A DNA stretch of 64,000 bases from a plasmid. The translations under genes were made by a program, and so were the position numbers. How positions within the stretch are numbered: position 1 is the first letter of the stretch; each line of letters begins with the position of its first letter. Below, one piece after another: positions 1 to 9,968 of this stretch. Where the stretch lies: the sequence record NZ_CP041047.1. The stretch is one strand, 5' to 3'. The notes beneath the pieces are model-generated. The model was not told the origin of the DNA and made no database searches. It saw nothing but the letters and a program-made list of their open reading frames with translations.

Positions 1-234
1 ACGCGCCAGGCTTTACTTGGTCGTAATCAGCAGTTGCAGGAGGAAAATAAAGAGCTACGTGAACAACTTGCACAAAACACCCTGTCATTGATTGAAATTG
101 TCAAAGCAGTAAAAATCAATACTGTGATACCAGTCGAAAGCCTGCTGGCGCCTCACGTTCTTAGGGAGTTGATAAAAAAAATTGATTTCACGTGGTCAGT
201 GCCACGTATGGCTATGGTGTGTCTTATTGCTTAA
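1..234 (+). CDS. 3' end of a gene entering from upstream (C-terminal fragment, unknown function)
   Basis: The open frame runs from position 1 to the stop at 234 (…LREQLAQNTLSLIEIVKAV…). There is no start codon inside the window upstream of this frame. Confidence 0.3.
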   Translation, partial: TRQALLGRNQQLQEENKELREQLAQNTLSLIEIVKAVKINTVIPVESLLAPHVLRELIKKIDFTWSVPRMAMVCLIA

Positions 235-426
235 AAATTTTCGTATACGAAAACATGAAGCCGAGAATTATAGTGGGCACTAACCCTCGACTCCCCCGAT
301 CTTTCATGATCTTTCTTCAGCCAAATCAGGAGCAGCTTTGCATCACAGCTAAATCAGAAAATGTGTGTAATAATTCCTTCCAATTCAATGCAGATACAAC
401 ATTTTTGGTTTATGAGGGAACGATAA

Positions 427-2154
427 ATGGCTGTTATCCGCCACATCAGCATCCAAAACTTTCGGGCAGTGCGACAAGCAGAATGGTGCCCTGGCCCAAG
501 CCTCAATTGTCTGATAGGCCCAGGGGATTCAGGAAAATCGACCATCATTGACGCGATTGACCTGGTGCTTGGCGCAAGAAGATCGTTTACGTTCAGTGAT
601 GCAGATTTTCATTTGATGAACACAGCCACGCCAATCTGCATCAGCATAACGCTAGGACAGCTCGATGACGGATTGCTGAATCTCGAAGCTTACGGACGCT
701 ATTTTCGTGGGTTCAACATTGAAACGAAAGAAATCCATGATGAACCGCTGGCGGGTGATGAGACTGTGCTCACGCTAAGAATGGTCGTCGAAGATGATCT
801 TGAACCAGACTGGCTCTTATTTTCTGAACGAACAACTGCGGAAGGTCTGGAGAAAAGACTGCAATGGAAGCACCGTGAGCAATTAAGCCCGACGCGCCTT
901 GGGGCTGCATCCCACCACCACCTGGCATGGGGAAATCGCTCAGTATTAAACAAACTTTCAGATGAGGATTTCAATGTCAGCGCAACGCTGGCCGAGCTTT
1001 CCCGTCAAACCCGGCAAAGCTTTGCTGCCCGGGAACTTCCGCAGCTTGATGCCATTCTGACCGAAGTCAGAACTATCGCGAATTCACTTGGGGTACCGGT
1101 CGGTGAACTGAAAGCGCTTCTGGATGTTAATGGCGTTTCACTCTCTAACAGCGCAATCAGTCTGCATAACAATGATAATACGCCGCTGAGGATGCTTGGC
1201 ACGGGATCGACCCGTTTACTGGTAAGCGGGTTACAGAAAGCTGTCGGGCGTCCAGGGACCATACTTATTGATGAAGCGGAATATGGGCTGGAGCCCTACA
1301 GAATAAGCCAGCTGTTGCATCAACTGGGCTCCCGCGATCCTGAGCCCACTTCGCAGGTATTCATCACCACTCATTCCCCATATGTTCTCCGGGAACTCCA
1401 AGCAACCCAACTATGTGTGCTGCGAAAAGTAAATCAACCGGCCCCAGAGCCTTCACACCTTTTCCTGACACTTAGCGGAGAAGATCAGGAACAGGCAACC
1501 TTACGGGCCTGCGCTGAAGCCTTCTTTAGCAAAGCCGTGATTGTGGGTGAAGGTGGGACTGAGGTTGGTTTTATCAGAGGACTGGATTTATACAGGCAAA
1601 GCAGAGGAAGAACGGGTTTTCAGGATCAAGGTGCCTTTGCTACCGATGGCGCCGGTGGGGAAAAATATTTCAAACGCGCCGAGGTTTTTGCACGACTGGG
1701 GTATCGTACTGCATTACTAAAAGACTCAGATATTATCTCGCAAGCACACAGACTAAAGACAGAACATTGCCGGGCCAGGGGCGTGACCATTTTTGAATGG
1801 GGTAATGGTTTTTCAACAGAGGGAGCCCTGCTAGCCTGGTGCCCTGTTGAGACTATCCGTGACATTGTTCTCCTCGCTGCGGCTCTGAACAGCCAACAAC
1901 AGGTGGATCAGCATATTCAGAACTGCTCCCAGGGAGCTTATAACTTTGAAGCATGCACTGAGGAACCAACGATAGAAATGAGAGAGCCCGTGGCGCGTGC
2001 GGCAGGTGAATATGGTTGGTTTAAAACGATCGGCAAGGCTGAAGACCTGGCGGAAAATATTGTGGGCCCGGCTATCAATGATTTTTCACGGCCGTTCAAG
2101 GCGATAATCAGAGATTTGCTGGGGTGGGCTGCAGATGACGGTGATCAACAATGA
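427..2154 (+). CDS. gajA: OLD-family ABC ATPase + TOPRIM nuclease (GajA-like, Gabija)
   Basis: 575 aa. N-terminus IQNFRAV…LIGPGDSGKSTIIDAIDLVLG is an AAA_15/OLD-type Walker A. ILIDEAEYGLEP and FITTHSP are signature and Walker B-like motifs. C-terminal VIVGEGGTEVGF…LLKDSD looks like a TOPRIM E…DxD. The gene overlaps the downstream UvrD-like gene by 4 bp. Confidence 0.6.
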   Translation: MAVIRHISIQNFRAVRQAEWCPGPSLNCLIGPGDSGKSTIIDAIDLVLGARRSFTFSDADFHLMNTATPICISITLGQLDDGLLNLEAYGRYFRGFNIETKEIHDEPLAGDETVLTLRMVVEDDLEPDWLLFSERTTAEGLEKRLQWKHREQLSPTRLGAASHHHLAWGNRSVLNKLSDEDFNVSATLAELSRQTRQSFAARELPQLDAILTEVRTIANSLGVPVGELKALLDVNGVSLSNSAISLHNNDNTPLRMLGTGSTRLLVSGLQKAVGRPGTILIDEAEYGLEPYRISQLLHQLGSRDPEPTSQVFITTHSPYVLRELQATQLCVLRKVNQPAPEPSHLFLTLSGEDQEQATLRACAEAFFSKAVIVGEGGTEVGFIRGLDLYRQSRGRTGFQDQGAFATDGAGGEKYFKRAEVFARLGYRTALLKDSDIISQAHRLKTEHCRARGVTIFEWGNGFSTEGALLAWCPVETIRDIVLLAAALNSQQQVDQHIQNCSQGAYNFEACTEEPTIEMREPVARAAGEYGWFKTIGKAEDLAENIVGPAINDFSRPFKAIIRDLLGWAADDGDQQ

Positions 2155-3566
2155 GTGTGGATGCCGTTTTAAATGCCACTAAAGGCCTGATTGTAGCGCC
2201 TGCCGGATGCGGCAAAACCCACCTGATTACTGACGCTCTGAGTGTTGCACAAAGTAAGCCGTATCTCGTGCTGACGCATACAACTGCAGGTGTAACGGCA
2301 CTCAAAAAGCGATTGAGTCGTTTTGCAATTCCTCCGCGAAACTATATTGTGACAACAATCGATGGATGGGCGCTGAAGATAGCAGGCTGTTTCCCGGGAT
2401 TGTGCCCGCTTGACGTTGGTCCTGAAAATCCAACCCTTTTCTACCCTTCTCTTCGCCGTGCCGTACTGAACTTGATTGTTAACGGTAATATTAGCGAAAT
2501 CATCACAGCTACTTACTCGCGTTTGCTGGTCGATGAATACCAGGACTGCAATAGTGAACAGCATGAACTGACTTGTGCGCTTTCACGTTTGCTACCAACG
2601 GTCGTCTTTGGTGACCCGATGCAATGTATCTTCAGCTTCAGCGGCCCTATGCCTGACTGGACCCGAACCGTTGAGACTTTTTTCCCTACTCTGGCAACCT
2701 TGCAGACGCCCTGGCGCTGGAACAATGCCCAAACCCCAGATTTGGGCCAATGGATCCTTGAGCAAAGACATCGTTTACTTCGCCGGGAGCGCATTGACTT
2801 AAAGTCTTGTCCTGAATATGTCCGTTTTCATCCTCTTTCACGAAATCACAATGACAATATCCAGCGCCAGCAGCGCGAATATTACTCGCTGCTGCGACAT
2901 TTCCCCAACGACTCGATTTTGGTTATGGGTGATTCACGAAGAGCTTCATCCCGGCATCAATTTGCACAACGTATTAATGGTATTGATGTTGTTGAACCCG
3001 TTGATCTGACTGATGTGATGAGAATGGCCACTTCCCTTGACGAGGCTAATACCGCTAACGTGATGCCAAATATATTACAGGCAGCAGCTGAGCTGATGAC
3101 AAATGTGGGCGTTAGCGCAACCCTACGCAGAATTGGTTCTATTCAAGCCGGTCGAAACATAACGCCCCCTTCTTCACTTGAAATTGCATTAGTAGAGCTT
3201 GCACTGGCACCCACCCGACAAAACATGCGAACAACGCTTCTCTTGCTTGAAGAGAAGTATGAAACTCGCGTATTCAGGGCCGGAGCGCTGCAAGTGCTAA
3301 AAGATGCAATAAATCTGTCCATCAGTTCACCCGAAAAAAGCATTCATGAATCAGCATCTGTCATTCGTGAACAACGCAGATACCAGGGAGAAGGACGTGT
3401 ATCGCATCGCTCAATAGGCTCAACACTTCTTCTGAAAGGACTGGAATGCGATCACGCATTAATACTGGATGCAGGAAATATGGGAGCAAGTGATTTGTAT
3501 GTTGCACTCTCCAGGGGGGCTAAATCTGTTACGGTCTTCTCAGTCCGTGATGAATTCACACCCTGA
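2151..3566 (+). CDS. gajB: UvrD-like helicase (GajB-like, Gabija)
   Basis: 471 aa. The N-terminal LIVAPAGCGKTHLITDAL is a UvrD/PcrA-type Walker A. It is translationally coupled to the upstream OLD ATPase (ATGA overlap). Confidence 0.6.
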   Translation: MSVDAVLNATKGLIVAPAGCGKTHLITDALSVAQSKPYLVLTHTTAGVTALKKRLSRFAIPPRNYIVTTIDGWALKIAGCFPGLCPLDVGPENPTLFYPSLRRAVLNLIVNGNISEIITATYSRLLVDEYQDCNSEQHELTCALSRLLPTVVFGDPMQCIFSFSGPMPDWTRTVETFFPTLATLQTPWRWNNAQTPDLGQWILEQRHRLLRRERIDLKSCPEYVRFHPLSRNHNDNIQRQQREYYSLLRHFPNDSILVMGDSRRASSRHQFAQRINGIDVVEPVDLTDVMRMATSLDEANTANVMPNILQAAAELMTNVGVSATLRRIGSIQAGRNITPPSSLEIALVELALAPTRQNMRTTLLLLEEKYETRVFRAGALQVLKDAINLSISSPEKSIHESASVIREQRRYQGEGRVSHRSIGSTLLLKGLECDHALILDAGNMGASDLYVALSRGAKSVTVFSVRDEFTP

Positions 3567-3696
3567 TAGTCCACCAATGGGGCTGGATTTTTTACCTGAG
3601 CGGAATCAGTCCGCAATGGCTCAGAAGCATCCAAAGCATCCGTGGCGATTCAAAGTGTTATTTCACTCATAGACCATTCCTTCAATTTCTTTCAAT

Positions 3697-4458
3697 CTAT
3701 AACTGTGAGGGAGTCGAAATAACTACATTTGATTGCCATTCGGATTCACCACGACGGCGAAAATCTCTGATAACAGCCTCTATGACATCCACGTTCAAAG
3801 CTGGCGCATCAACAATCATTTTAAGGCCGATTCCGTAGGAATAGCCAGGTAAGTAACGGTACTCACTGTAAATTTGTATGGGAGTATTAAGCGCTATTTC
3901 TTGTTCTCGCTTCGAAAGATACTCAGAAAAAGTTAATCCATTGAATATTGCATAGCGAGTAAGATGCCTTGGACTATCGCGTTGCATGGTATCTAGCCTA
4001 AATTCTTCTTCACGCTGATGTGTATTCAACAAACTGTAGGCTTCTTCAAAGGCTAATGAACCAACTACATCATTAAAAGCGGTCTGCGTGGTAATGATTT
4101 CAGCATTCCATAATACGTCAGGCTGGAGACCTAAAAAATAGATATCGCTCCAGTTCCAGATATAATCTTTGCTGTTATAATATTGATCTATATCGCATTC
4201 ATCGTAGAAGATGCCACCATAGATATGACGAGTATTCCGGAGACGATTTTTCAGCTGAATCACTTTTTGCCGACGTTTTCGACGCGAAAGAGAGATAAAA
4301 GAGCGATGCTTTCTTATGCTCGGCATTGAGACCTCTATACTATCAGAGTTATGCTTACCTGAAAAATGGCAGCCGATCAGGGTAATGGAAAAAAAGTATA
4401 CTTTCAAGCGTTGGCTTAAAGTCTGTTCAGCGATAACATCGTTCTTCGTCGCTGACAA
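3697..4458 (-). CDS. hypothetical protein, AT-rich islet (alternative start near 4326)
   Basis: 253-aa ORF in an AT-rich segment with no motif I recognise. An internal Met (MPSIRKH…) would give about 210 aa. Confidence 0.4.
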   Translation of the reverse strand: MSATKNDVIAEQTLSQRLKVYFFSITLIGCHFSGKHNSDSIEVSMPSIRKHRSFISLSRRKRRQKVIQLKNRLRNTRHIYGGIFYDECDIDQYYNSKDYIWNWSDIYFLGLQPDVLWNAEIITTQTAFNDVVGSLAFEEAYSLLNTHQREEEFRLDTMQRDSPRHLTRYAIFNGLTFSEYLSKREQEIALNTPIQIYSEYRYLPGYSYGIGLKMIVDAPALNVDVIEAVIRDFRRRGESEWQSNVVISTPSQL

Positions 4459-4989
4459 CTTCCTTGCGCTCCACTATCAGTTCCGAGGCCCGGATTTGCT
4501 TTTCCAGTGACCCTGACCTGAAATCCTGCCCCATTCAGAAACATAATTCCGGCATGATCTACGCTGCCTGAACGGAGGTGGTGCCGATGCCCCCTTCTCT
4601 TCGTCATGCAACACTATCGCTATGCTTACCGGCTTCGTTATACTGATACAAATTTTATACATCTTTTATTCAGTCAACATTAACAGTATCTCAGTGTGTT
4701 TCCCTGTTATTTCTGCGCGGGTTAAACTGAAGCATCGTTTTTTGCTCTGTAGAATCGGAAGCATCTGTCCCGGAAGGACAAATGAAAAAATCAGAAAAGC
4801 ACAAAGATGCATTGCTGTGCAAATAGGTGACACCTATCCAGAAATACTTGAACCATTGCGGGAAAAATTCGAAATGATTATAAATATCGACAACACCGCC
4901 CCACATACCGGGGCAACTAAGATAGTGAATGCTGTTCATTCATGCGACTTGTGAGATGATGGAAGGAAGGTTCTGTCGTGGTCAACTAT

Positions 4990-5985
4990 CTACAAGCCGC
5001 TATAATAGTCAATTAATTGCTTGCAAAATTTCTTGCTTCGGATGTTACCAACATAGCTGCTGTTTAACAAAGTACCAAATTGTCGAGCTTTTTCATTATT
5101 GAACCCTCGAAATTTGTCTTGGTTGCTGTGATAGATATATATTGATTCAAATTCTCCAATGTTATTTCTTAAGAGCTGTTTATCTATATCTACTGCTATA
5201 TCGCTAATTAGTGACATGTATTTCTTCAATGATTCCAACTCAACCTTGTCATGGAATTTATCTTCCACTCGATCAACAAAGACGCCATTATCCATTCTGC
5301 TGAATGAATGCGCCGCTCGATTTCTTATTTTTCTGATTTTCTCCAATGTTTCAATGTTATCACGAATTGAGGATGGTAATTCCAAAAATACCAATTCGAA
5401 ATTCCTAGCCCTATCATACCAAGTACCCTTCACAAGGGAGGTTATTATTTTTTCAGTGTTCACTGCTTTGGTGTTTTTAATTAACTTCGTCCCATCAACT
5501 GCCCTAGATTCTCCAATCATGACACCTGGGTCTGATAACAAGGAAATTGTGCCAATCCTTTTTATATAAAATTCCAAATATGAAAGGATTGAGGTTAAAG
5601 CATTTATATAGCATAAATTCTGGAAGCTCTTGAAGTTTTTCATCCAAAGTGCTTTACTTTTCTCTACTCTTCTAGAGTCTATCCCGGACACATGAAATAT
5701 ATCATGAATAGTTTTATCAGCTTTATCATGCCTTACTAAATACTCCCCAAAGCTTTGTAATGGTACAAAGCTCCAAATATAATTATTTATTTCACAATGG
5801 TGTTTGTTAAAAACTCGATAAGAATTTGTATTTGGATCAAGACAACTCCATCTATTGAAACTTTCGTTCTCATCTTCGTTCATGATAACCACGTACTCCT
5901 TATTATAAATTTTATGGGCTGTAATTATTCGACTTGCAGAGAATAGCATGAACAAGCATAGTGGTGAATTTCTTTGTAATCCCAC
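4990..5985 (-). CDS. HEPN-motif protein, Abi-like (possibly Abi_2/AbiD-AbiF family)
   Basis: 331 aa in low-GC sequence. It contains RNRAAH, an Rx4H HEPN-type motif, at roughly residue 213. Its size is typical of abortive-infection proteins. The family assignment is a guess. Confidence 0.45.
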   Translation of the reverse strand: MGLQRNSPLCLFMLFSASRIITAHKIYNKEYVVIMNEDENESFNRWSCLDPNTNSYRVFNKHHCEINNYIWSFVPLQSFGEYLVRHDKADKTIHDIFHVSGIDSRRVEKSKALWMKNFKSFQNLCYINALTSILSYLEFYIKRIGTISLLSDPGVMIGESRAVDGTKLIKNTKAVNTEKIITSLVKGTWYDRARNFELVFLELPSSIRDNIETLEKIRKIRNRAAHSFSRMDNGVFVDRVEDKFHDKVELESLKKYMSLISDIAVDIDKQLLRNNIGEFESIYIYHSNQDKFRGFNNEKARQFGTLLNSSYVGNIRSKKFCKQLIDYYSGL

Positions 5986-6209
5986 TTTAATATACTATAT
6001 TAACCTTCTTATCCTGCCGATACTCCTGATGTAGACCTCGGTAAACTTAACAATGCTACCGCCATCAGAGTCATAAGTTCCGATAAGGTATTGATGTATC
6101 AAATGCTACCAAATTTCATGGATTGTTCAAGAAGGCAATCAGACAACCCCTAAAACTTGATGGGCCTAGCTATGTGATTGCGATGAGACATGGTGACCTG
6201 CCGGATGCA

Positions 6210-6467
6210 TCAAGGCAACAACGCTTCGGTCAGCGCTCCGGAAATATACTCATCACCGCCCGGTTCATAGTGCGCAGCATAACGCGTATCGGCGAGATAA
6301 AACCGGTTCGCCGCCTGCTGAATTGCGTCCTCAAGTACGGTGTCCTCAAGCGCACGGGCATAAATTCGAGTATCGGTCAAGGCCACCCGTTTCCGAGTAG
6401 CCTTGTACTTTATTACCAACATATATGAACTGGTATTTCTATGTGATAAGTTGATGCACTTATGCAC
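6210..6467 (-). CDS. small hypothetical protein
   Basis: 85-aa ORF with no recognisable motif. The real start may be an internal Met. Confidence 0.2.
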   Translation of the reverse strand: MHKCINLSHRNTSSYMLVIKYKATRKRVALTDTRIYARALEDTVLEDAIQQAANRFYLADTRYAAHYEPGGDEYISGALTEALLP

Positions 6468-6550
6468 CAGTCTTACGCCTGCTCTAGAGACCTTGATTTA
6501 ACCCTAAACGCCGTGTTAACGAGTGGGTGAGCGTCTTAGGAATGCGGGCG

Positions 6551-6877
6551 TTAGTCCTTCTCCTCGTCCCAGTCCTCTTCATCATCATCTTCCTCTTCAT
6601 ATTCGTCTTCTTCTTCATCGTCAACTTCGCCCACACCACCGCAGTGGGGGCAGATTGACGTTTCAGTTGTACCATCACCATAACAGGTGTGGCATTGTGC
6701 AAAGGGTTTGTCTTCTTCAGGACTGTAACCCGATCCATCGCACTCCGGGCAGGTAACCTCGAATAGGCCGTCTCGGCCATGGCATACTGGGCAAGTTTGA
6801 ATTGTCATTCTCTCTTCCTCTAATTTTGGGATGCATAAATAAGCCCGGTCAGTAACTGACCGGAGGGAAATCAACAC
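6551..6877 (-). CDS. DnaJ-type cysteine-rich (4x CxxCxGxG) zinc-finger protein with poly-acidic C-terminal tail
   Basis: Four repeats (CPVCHGRDG, CPECDGSG, CHTCYGDG, CPHCGGVG) are followed by the tail DDEEEDEYEEEDDDEEDWDEEKD. The likely start is MTIQTCP near 6808. It lies 3 bp downstream of the 398-aa ORF. Confidence 0.6.
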   Translation of the reverse strand: MLISLRSVTDRAYLCIPKLEEERMTIQTCPVCHGRDGLFEVTCPECDGSGYSPEEDKPFAQCHTCYGDGTTETSICPHCGGVGEVDDEEEDEYEEEDDDEEDWDEEKD

Positions 6878-6880
6878 GGC

Positions 6881-8077
6881 TTACTTAAACCGCGCCTTAA
6901 GGGATTTAATTTGGGGGGTCGTTGCCAGCTCACAGCACCAGGCTTCAGTATCTGGGAAGGCAGAAATTTTATGGCGTAGCTCGTGTAGGCGCTCGTTTTC
7001 GGGATCAACACCGTGCAGCGGCAAAAAATCCGGGGTCAGGATGCACAGTGCGCAGGCTGCAAAGCCTTCCATGCGCTTTTCAGCGCCCTCAAGCTGTATG
7101 GTCACCAAATTACGCGTTAGTCGATCCACTTCCACCGGATCATCACTGTTACGAATAGCCTCTACCACGATTGTGTTGTAATTGCGATAGAGATCGGTTT
7201 CGGAATCACCATGCGCAAATACTGGCACCTGGGCCCGACGCTGTCGATATTGTTCAAAGGTCATCTCAATCACCTCTAACGCCAGCTGCTTATCAATCCG
7301 GGTCGTATCAGCCTTATAGAAAAGTGATTGTGCTAGCTGATGGCCAGCGTATATCTCTCCAAGCCGAAACATTCCCGAGAGTGCCATGATGCCCCGCCAG
7401 GTTTTAATGGGCTCTCCGGTGTTAATCCAGCGTGTAGCAATGGTGCCAACCTCAAGAATGAGCAACTCCCAGGCAGGTGAAGAACGAACTTTGGTCATAA
7501 GGCTGTCTTCCTGGGCCAGGAAGTGTAAAGCGATAGCTCGGTACACATGTTTTTGCTCAGGATTCTCAGACCCAACTAAATGATCAAACACATGGTGGAA
7601 TTCCTCAATCAGGCGGCCTTCATCTTTGGCCTGAACCATCTCCTGATAATTTGATTCATACTTGTCTTCTACAATCGCCAGGGGCTGCACTAACTCGATT
7701 AGGTTCACACACTGAACATAAAGATTATCCGGCACCCGGAAATGTGCTTTCGCTGCATGGTGATTGATAAATGCAGACAGGCGGTCAGCCATAGCCTTAC
7801 GGCGATCAATAACCTGGTTCCAGGACAAACCTTCATCGACGACAAGGGCAAGTGCCGGTATATCATTGAGCTTTTCGACGCCCAGCATGGCAGTCAACAA
7901 ATCCGTTTCACCCGACTGTTGCCCTTGGACATGGTACGCATCATGGTAACCTTGCCGAAATGTGTTGATATCGGCTACAGAGTCAAATTTTTTGAGACTT
8001 GATTTAATGCGGCCGATGGCCGTGCGAGCAAGTTTACGGTCGAATTTCTGCGACGCGAATGACGATGGTGAGTTCAT
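6881..8077 (-). CDS. hypothetical protein (398 aa), operon partner of the zinc-finger protein
   Basis: Long ORF with coding-like composition and no motif I recognise. Its stop at 6881 sits 3 bp from the downstream ORF, whose last codon ends at 6877. Confidence 0.5.
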   Translation of the reverse strand: MNSPSSFASQKFDRKLARTAIGRIKSSLKKFDSVADINTFRQGYHDAYHVQGQQSGETDLLTAMLGVEKLNDIPALALVVDEGLSWNQVIDRRKAMADRLSAFINHHAAKAHFRVPDNLYVQCVNLIELVQPLAIVEDKYESNYQEMVQAKDEGRLIEEFHHVFDHLVGSENPEQKHVYRAIALHFLAQEDSLMTKVRSSPAWELLILEVGTIATRWINTGEPIKTWRGIMALSGMFRLGEIYAGHQLAQSLFYKADTTRIDKQLALEVIEMTFEQYRQRRAQVPVFAHGDSETDLYRNYNTIVVEAIRNSDDPVEVDRLTRNLVTIQLEGAEKRMEGFAACALCILTPDFLPLHGVDPENERLHELRHKISAFPDTEAWCCELATTPQIKSLKARFK

Positions 8078-8460
8078 GGTTTTTCCTCAAGTAGACAAAG
8101 TCCTGACACATAAAAAGTGCCATGTATTGGACCCGGAGTCGTCTGACCCCCTTGAGGTTGGGTAGTAGCCTAACCCTTTTACCGTATCGCGCTTGCCCTG
8201 TGATGTCAATACACCTTACCCCAATGACGCTATAACGCTTTTTACAACCTTTTATTAGTTTGGAAAAGGTCCATGAACTGAAGCAGAGTAAGCTGTCAGA
8301 ATATATTTAAAAGAGGCGCATTTCCTGTTAGTTCATGAAGTTCTCTTAAAGTGATTTCAACTTTCTGTTAAAAAAATCTTTTATAGCAGAGAAGCACACG
8401 CATTAAAAACCCGGCCACTGTCACTGTGACTGGATAAGCCGACGGGACCTGCGTTTCTCA

Positions 8461-9246
8461 TTATCTGGCGGCAATTACCGCATCTGCAATTTCCACAAAA
8501 CCAGCACCTCCCGGGCCACGGGTGATCCACTGTGGAGGTTTCGGGATTTGATCAAGGAAATCTGATACCGTGCTCACTCCCACCGTATGTTCAAAGAATG
8601 AAAACATCGGCGCATCATTCGTCGAGTCGCCGCTATACAATACGGCAGAACGTTCGGCATCAATGTCGAGATCGTAATAATCCCTGAGCACTCGTCGGGC
8701 CATAGATAACTTGTCATACTCTCCAGACCAACCAAGAATCCAGAGATTGTTTACGGTGGTTGTCGCACCTGCTTGCGTCAATGCGTTAAGTATTAATGAA
8801 CACTGATGGGCTTCTGGCGGTTTAGCAAAGGCAATGGACGTCATCCTGAAAGGTTGATCGTCGGCAAAATGAGCGGCAGGAATTTCCCTTTTTATCTGTT
8901 CCCCAATTTGCGTCAGGCGCTCAGCGACGTCAGGATATTTTTCTGTGCCGTGCCAGAAGAAACGCTCAATGCCATGACCGTCATTTTGCCTCCTGAAAAA
9001 CACACCGCCATTTTCACCAATGACACCATCAACTGGCCACATCCGTGCCATCTGGTCGCACCAGCCGGCTGGCGCGGCTGTGACCGGTATCACTTTGACT
9101 CCCGCGTTCTGCAACCGTTCCAACGCCATATAGGTTTCAGCCGCAAGGCGCCCCTTGTAAGTCAGCGTTTCATCCATGTCTGTGAGAACAAAACGCACAT
9201 GTTTAAATGTTGACGAATCTGCGGAACAGATCTCTTTCATAAGCAC
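8461..9246 (-). CDS. HAD-superfamily (IIB/Cof-type) hydrolase
   Basis: FVLTDMDETLT is HAD motif I (DxD). SGDSTNDAPMF is motif IV (GDxxND). Confidence 0.6.
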   Translation of the reverse strand: MLMKEICSADSSTFKHVRFVLTDMDETLTYKGRLAAETYMALERLQNAGVKVIPVTAAPAGWCDQMARMWPVDGVIGENGGVFFRRQNDGHGIERFFWHGTEKYPDVAERLTQIGEQIKREIPAAHFADDQPFRMTSIAFAKPPEAHQCSLILNALTQAGATTTVNNLWILGWSGEYDKLSMARRVLRDYYDLDIDAERSAVLYSGDSTNDAPMFSFFEHTVGVSTVSDFLDQIPKPPQWITRGPGGAGFVEIADAVIAAR

Positions 9247-9578
9247 GCTCGAAGACTTGTAGAGATAATAATGGTTTATAATTAAACGACTTATGGAATT
9301 ATTAAAGTCAAAATCGTACTAAGTTATAATTTTTATTGCGTTATTTACACCTCAGAGTCGCGTTTGGGCGGTGAAGGTGTGCTGGGTGCGGTTCAGATGC
9401 AGCATGTTCATACTCACACAACTTAACATCTCCCAACGGCTCTCGTCGAGTCATGGCGTTCTGAATGAAATCGGAGAAATCTTGCGATGACTAGTCGAAA
9501 AATTAAACTGTTATTTTATTACAACATGATATCCGGGGTTCTCTCCCCGGATATTTTATCATGACTACTTTCCTGTAT

Positions 9579-9968
9579 TCAGGCAAACTCAGGTGCATGA
9601 AGGGAAATATGGTGAGCATGAGGCTCTTCACATTTTAATAGTACGGCATATACCTTTTTTAACTCTTCCATATTTTCATGAAGAAAAGCTCTCAGATTTT
9701 CTTCCGAGTCCAGTAGCTCGAGACACTGGGGATGTGTCATATTGGTTAACTCAGGATGATGGTGAGATAATCGTTTTCCGGGAAGATAACCGGAGGTGAC
9801 ATGATGTAATGTCGCTGCTTTAATGTCTGATTTCTTCGCCACGGAAAGAAGATGCTGCGCCAGTTGGGGAGCTAGTAATCTGTGCCAAAAACGTCTGGCA
9901 CTGGCTTTAGATGCGACTGGAAAATATAATCTTAAAGCGGCTAAAGTCTGGACTGCATCTGCACTCAT
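9579..9968 (-). CDS. DUF190-like small protein co-transcribed with CLC-F
   Basis: 129 aa. It overlaps the end of the CLC gene by 4 bp. This small-protein family is commonly linked to crcB/fluoride loci. The call rests on context. Confidence 0.4.
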   Translation of the reverse strand: MSADAVQTLAALRLYFPVASKASARRFWHRLLAPQLAQHLLSVAKKSDIKAATLHHVTSGYLPGKRLSHHHPELTNMTHPQCLELLDSEENLRAFLHENMEELKKVYAVLLKCEEPHAHHISLHAPEFA

